Positions 40,019 through 42,624 of a DNA stretch of 42,624 nucleotides are shown here, in pieces (the stretch's first letter is position 1; each line of letters opens with the position of its first letter). Origin of the DNA: an uncultured Phycisphaerales bacterium. Lineage in GTDB: Bacteria > Planctomycetota > Phycisphaerae > WQYP01. The notes under the pieces are model-generated. The model had not been told where the DNA came from. It worked only from the letters and a program-made list of their open reading frames with translations, and searched no databases. The stretch lies in assembly GCA_903845195.1 (NCBI GenBank), contig CAIMWO010000093.1:1-42624 (forward strand), written 5' to 3'. Made by a program: the position numbers and the translations under genes.

Positions 40019-40414
40019 TCACCCATTCCTGACCGTGATCGCCACCTGCAACACCGTGGCGATGCTTACCCAAATCAGATACGGCACCTGCGCCACCGCC
40101 ACCCACCGGTAATGCGGCCAGATCGCCACGATCATCCAAATGATCGTCCCCAACACGATCACGATGTCCACCGTCGCCAAAGGCAGGTTCTTCATCCCAC
40201 CGAAGATCGGCATGAAGAAGATATTGGCAACGAGGTTGATGAGGAACGGCAATGCTAACAGCCACGGCAAACCACCCCGAAACACCTTGAACAAAACAAA
40301 TCCCAAGCTGATAAGGATGATGGGATAAAGGATCGTCCAAATCAGACTGATGGTGCCGGGGGGAGGCGTCCATGTGGGCTTGCTGAGGGCGTTGTACCAC
40401 GTTCGGAAGTCCAT
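40019..40414 (-). CDS. TspO/MBR-family tryptophan-rich sensory protein.
   Basis: TspO signature WYNALSKPTWTPPPGTISLIWTILYP and five TM helices (131 aa). Confidence 0.8.
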   Translation of the reverse strand: MDFRTWYNALSKPTWTPPPGTISLIWTILYPIILISLGFVLFKVFRGGLPWLLALPFLINLVANIFFMPIFGGMKNLPLATVDIVIVLGTIIWMIVAIWPHYRWVAVAQVPYLIWVSIATVLQVAITVRNG

Positions 40415-40443
40415 GTGTTCGCCTCGTTCTTGTATGAGCAGCC

Positions 40444-40623
40444 CTATGGCTTCTTGCGATACACATTCAGCCCGATTTTCTCATCCCGGTCGGGAACCGA
40501 TATGTTGCCCTCGGTCGAGGCGATGATGATTGTCTTGCCGGAAGATGAAGGGCCGAATTCTTTCGTCAAATCAACCTTGATCGTGAGAATGTTGCCTTCA
40601 ATCTTGAGTTCCACGTTTTTCAT
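40444..40623 (-). CDS. Small hypothetical protein (59 aa). Start at the internal Met with a strong AGGAGA RBS.
   Basis: Sequence MKNVELKIEGNILTIKVDLTKEFGPSSSGKTIIIASTEGNISVPDRDEKIGLNVYRKKP. The RBS ggcgaaaggagatcagtATG is seen on the minus strand. It is co-directional with and directly downstream of tspO. Confidence 0.45.
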   Translation of the reverse strand: MKNVELKIEGNILTIKVDLTKEFGPSSSGKTIIIASTEGNISVPDRDEKIGLNVYRKKP

Positions 40624-41023
40624 ACTGATCTCCTTTCGCCTGATTGTGCCGAAGATGGCCGTAGCTGGCAACAAGTCTTTCCTGCGAGTGCCGGAGGACT
40701 TCTGGATAAACTGGTCGTCGTTTAGATGAAATTCATAAAGTGATGCAAGAAGTGGCCTTACGAGGTGAGAAATAAATCAAAATATGGAGAGTTCTTGCAC
40801 TCTGCTGAGGTGGGCAACGTACTATTTAATGTCAGAGATCCGAGTGCCCACACTCACCTCTGACGAAGTTCCTTCCTTCTCCCCCACGAAAGCCGGTGGC
40901 TGTTTTAGGCGACCACCGGCTTCCCATGATAGTGACCGAGATTGAGAAGTTGGCGTATGAAAAAGAAACCCCCGGCATCATCACGCCGAGGGTCCGTGGT
41001 TTCATCCTGAACAACCGATCTGA

Positions 41024-41290
41024 TTACTTCGCCATGTCCTTGAGGGCCTTCAAGGGCCGAACCTTGATGACCTTCCGGGCAGGCTTGGCCTTGAACATTT
41101 GCTCAGTCTTGGTAAACGGGTTGATGCCCATGTGGGCCTTGGTGGCGGGCTTCTGGATCACCATGATCTTCATCAGGCCCGGCGCAACGAAAATCCCCGG
41201 CCCTCTCTTGCCGACGTTCTTGGCGATGAGGTCTGTGAGGGCGTTGAGGATGGAAGCAACCTGTTTGCGAGAGAGTTGGGTGGTGGTCAC
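41024..41290 (-). CDS. HU/IHF-family nucleoid-associated DNA-binding protein.
   Basis: The HU fold signature (RKQVASILNALTDLIAKNVGKRGPGIFVAPGLMKIMVIQKPATKAHMGINPFTKTEQMFKAKPARKVIKVRPLKALKD) includes the beta-arm GINPFTKTEQ. Confidence 0.8.
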   Translation of the reverse strand: MTTTQLSRKQVASILNALTDLIAKNVGKRGPGIFVAPGLMKIMVIQKPATKAHMGINPFTKTEQMFKAKPARKVIKVRPLKALKDMAK

Positions 41291-42009
41291 GATGCTGGAG
41301 AAAATCTCGCTTTTGGTGGGGGCTCCCTTTTACACAAAGTCGCATAAATCTGATGGCGGGTTAGTGGGATCAGAAGTGCGAAGATGACGCAATTCGCACC
41401 GAAGTGGCAATACGTCGCACAAGGACGTGTCATGCCATTGCGGCATGTATCACCGTAGCGCCGCCGAGAGTTGACATCCATTAAATAAAGATGGAATTGT
41501 CGGCTATTGGGGCGGGGTTGTGCTACGATGAAGTCTTCGCAGCTTACCCCATGCGGAGCATGGAGGGAGTTATCATGGCTGCTACTGTCTTTATCGTCCC
41601 CACCAAACTGCCGCCACTGAAATCCGCCCGCAGCGCCGTGCTGCCACGGCGTCTTCCTGTCCCTGCCCGACACCGGCAATTTGATGCCGCCCACGAGCAC
41701 TGGCCGAAGGATAATTTCCACGCCCAGCATCAAGATCGGCCGGGCAAGGAACATTGTCCACCGGAAGTTTATGTCGGTTGAGCGGGTGCAAGACGTTTGG
41801 CCTACCGCCGCTCAGCGGCACAGTCGTGGTCTGCGCCATTGCCAGTGTTGGCCTCTGGGCAGGATGAAAGGATTTCAGAATGGCCCGCACTATTAGACCG
41901 CCTTTCGAGGATGAGGACCCGATCAAACGGCATAAGCCAGAGTTCGATGCCGAGGAGTACCTTAAATGTCTATACGTGGATCTAATTGGTTTTACTTCAA
42001 CGGAGTGAC

Positions 42010-42510
42010 ATGCGTAAAGCGTTAGAAAATAAACTGCTGATCAAAGCCAAGTTACCGGCCCTGCCATCCAAGGACGCACGCCGCGCTGCCGCCCACCTCA
42101 GCAAAGCCGATCTGACTTATTTCCGCAATCTCCTCCTGGAACGACGCCGCGAAATCCTCGGTGACGTGGAGTCCATGGAGTCCGAAGCCCTTAAGATCGG
42201 CTCGAATCTCTCCCACATGCCCATGCACATGGCCGACGTGGGCACCGACAATTATGAGCAGGAGTTCACGCTGGGGCTCGTTGAGACCGAGCGCCGGTTC
42301 CTCTGCGAAATCCAGGAAGCGCTGGCGCGGATCGATCAAGGCACGTTTGGCGTCTGTCAGGGAATCGGCAAGCCCATTCCACGTGTGCGCCTCGAAGCCG
42401 TGCCATGGGCCAAGTACGGAATGGAATACAGTCGCCTACTTGAATCGGGCAAGGTGCAATTGGGCAACGGCTCCGCCGCCGACGCTGGGGGTGGCGACGA
42501 GGAAGACTAG
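42010..42510 (+). CDS. DksA/TraR-family protein, with a degenerate C4 zinc finger in which only some Cys are retained. Start at the internal Met with a GGAG RBS.
   Basis: A coiled-coil region with acidic tip residues (MADVGTDNYEQEF) and a C-terminal C..C segment (CEIQEALARIDQGTFGVCQGIGKPI) resemble DksA/TraR. The protein has an acidic C-terminal tail. Confidence 0.6.
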   Translation: MRKALENKLLIKAKLPALPSKDARRAAAHLSKADLTYFRNLLLERRREILGDVESMESEALKIGSNLSHMPMHMADVGTDNYEQEFTLGLVETERRFLCEIQEALARIDQGTFGVCQGIGKPIPRVRLEAVPWAKYGMEYSRLLESGKVQLGNGSAADAGGGDEED

Positions 42511-42624
42511 AGCATCTGCCAAAAGTTTTCCGCGTTATACACTTGCGCAATCGCGAAGAATATGGTGAACTCTGTGCATGGCACGGAGGCCGCCACAACC
42601 TCATGCGGAGAATTGCACGCTCAC

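Larger units (their letters stand above)
31828..42624. mobile_element. Left part of an integrated element (genomic island / ICE / prophage-like) inserted at tRNA-Ser. It has lower GC (~45-55%) and opens with integrase + AlpA/Xis. The right end lies beyond the window.
   Basis: A tRNA gene is immediately followed by a tyrosine recombinase. There is an abrupt GC and codon-usage drop relative to the core. Cargo consists of small regulatory/DNA-binding genes (Rep-like, HTH, ArsR, HU, DksA-like). No attR copy of the tRNA 3' end was found inside the window. Confidence 0.75.

Noticed and set aside
41287-41990. Overlapping ORFs 41287-41754 (-) and 41491-41781 (+) between the HU and DksA-like genes.
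   Set aside because: Neither has a convincing RBS, domain or coding-like composition. The region may be non-coding or hold a small gene I cannot resolve by eye.

Overview
The window is high-GC bacterial chromosome (~60-68% GC, strongly GC3-biased). The final ~10.8 kb is the left end of a lower-GC (~45-55%) integrated element that begins at a tRNA-Ser(UGA) gene and opens with a tyrosine integrase and an AlpA/Xis-like gene.

Core region, recognisable genes:
- A surface-glycan cluster: a membrane protein (partial), a GT10-like fucosyltransferase, a TylF/CmcI-type methyltransferase and a divergent GT2.
- NAD-dependent DNA ligase (ligA) followed by a DEDDh exonuclease fused to two BRCT domains. 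A ~2.3 kb low-GC mosaic tract cuts through both genes.
- A polytopic membrane protein that carries in-frame palindromic repeat elements.
- A YeaD-like hexose-6-phosphate mutarotase, NDH-2, SlyD, an orphan ATP-synthase epsilon subunit and a 2-hydroxyacid dehydrogenase.
- A metallophosphoesterase, an ankyrin-repeat protein, a cupin, a beta-CASP MBL RNase and an M19 dipeptidase.
- Two membrane proteins, a xylose-isomerase-like TIM-barrel protein and a GH35 beta-galactosidase.
- A NfeD-flotillin operon with a small protein carrying a CxDxR/HxxCG motif pair.
- An AKR-like protein, a SAM methyltransferase, a secreted beta-helix protein and an MFS transporter.

Island cargo: a Rep-like winged-helix protein, HTH proteins, ArsR, TspO, HU, a DksA/TraR-like protein and several AT-rich orphan genes.

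The non-coding layer is unusually structured:
- A ~40-bp REP-like palindrome family (4 full and 2 degenerate copies).
- A TGAAAAY heptad A-rich repeat family sitting exactly at gene 3' ends.
- A GAAACGC heptamer repeat inserted in-frame into two unrelated enzymes.
- A 1.1-kb intergenic region built from nested direct repeats.
- Several long hairpins.

No CRISPR array or rRNA was seen. Many long ORFs in the six-frame track are antisense artefacts of the GC-rich coding strands.
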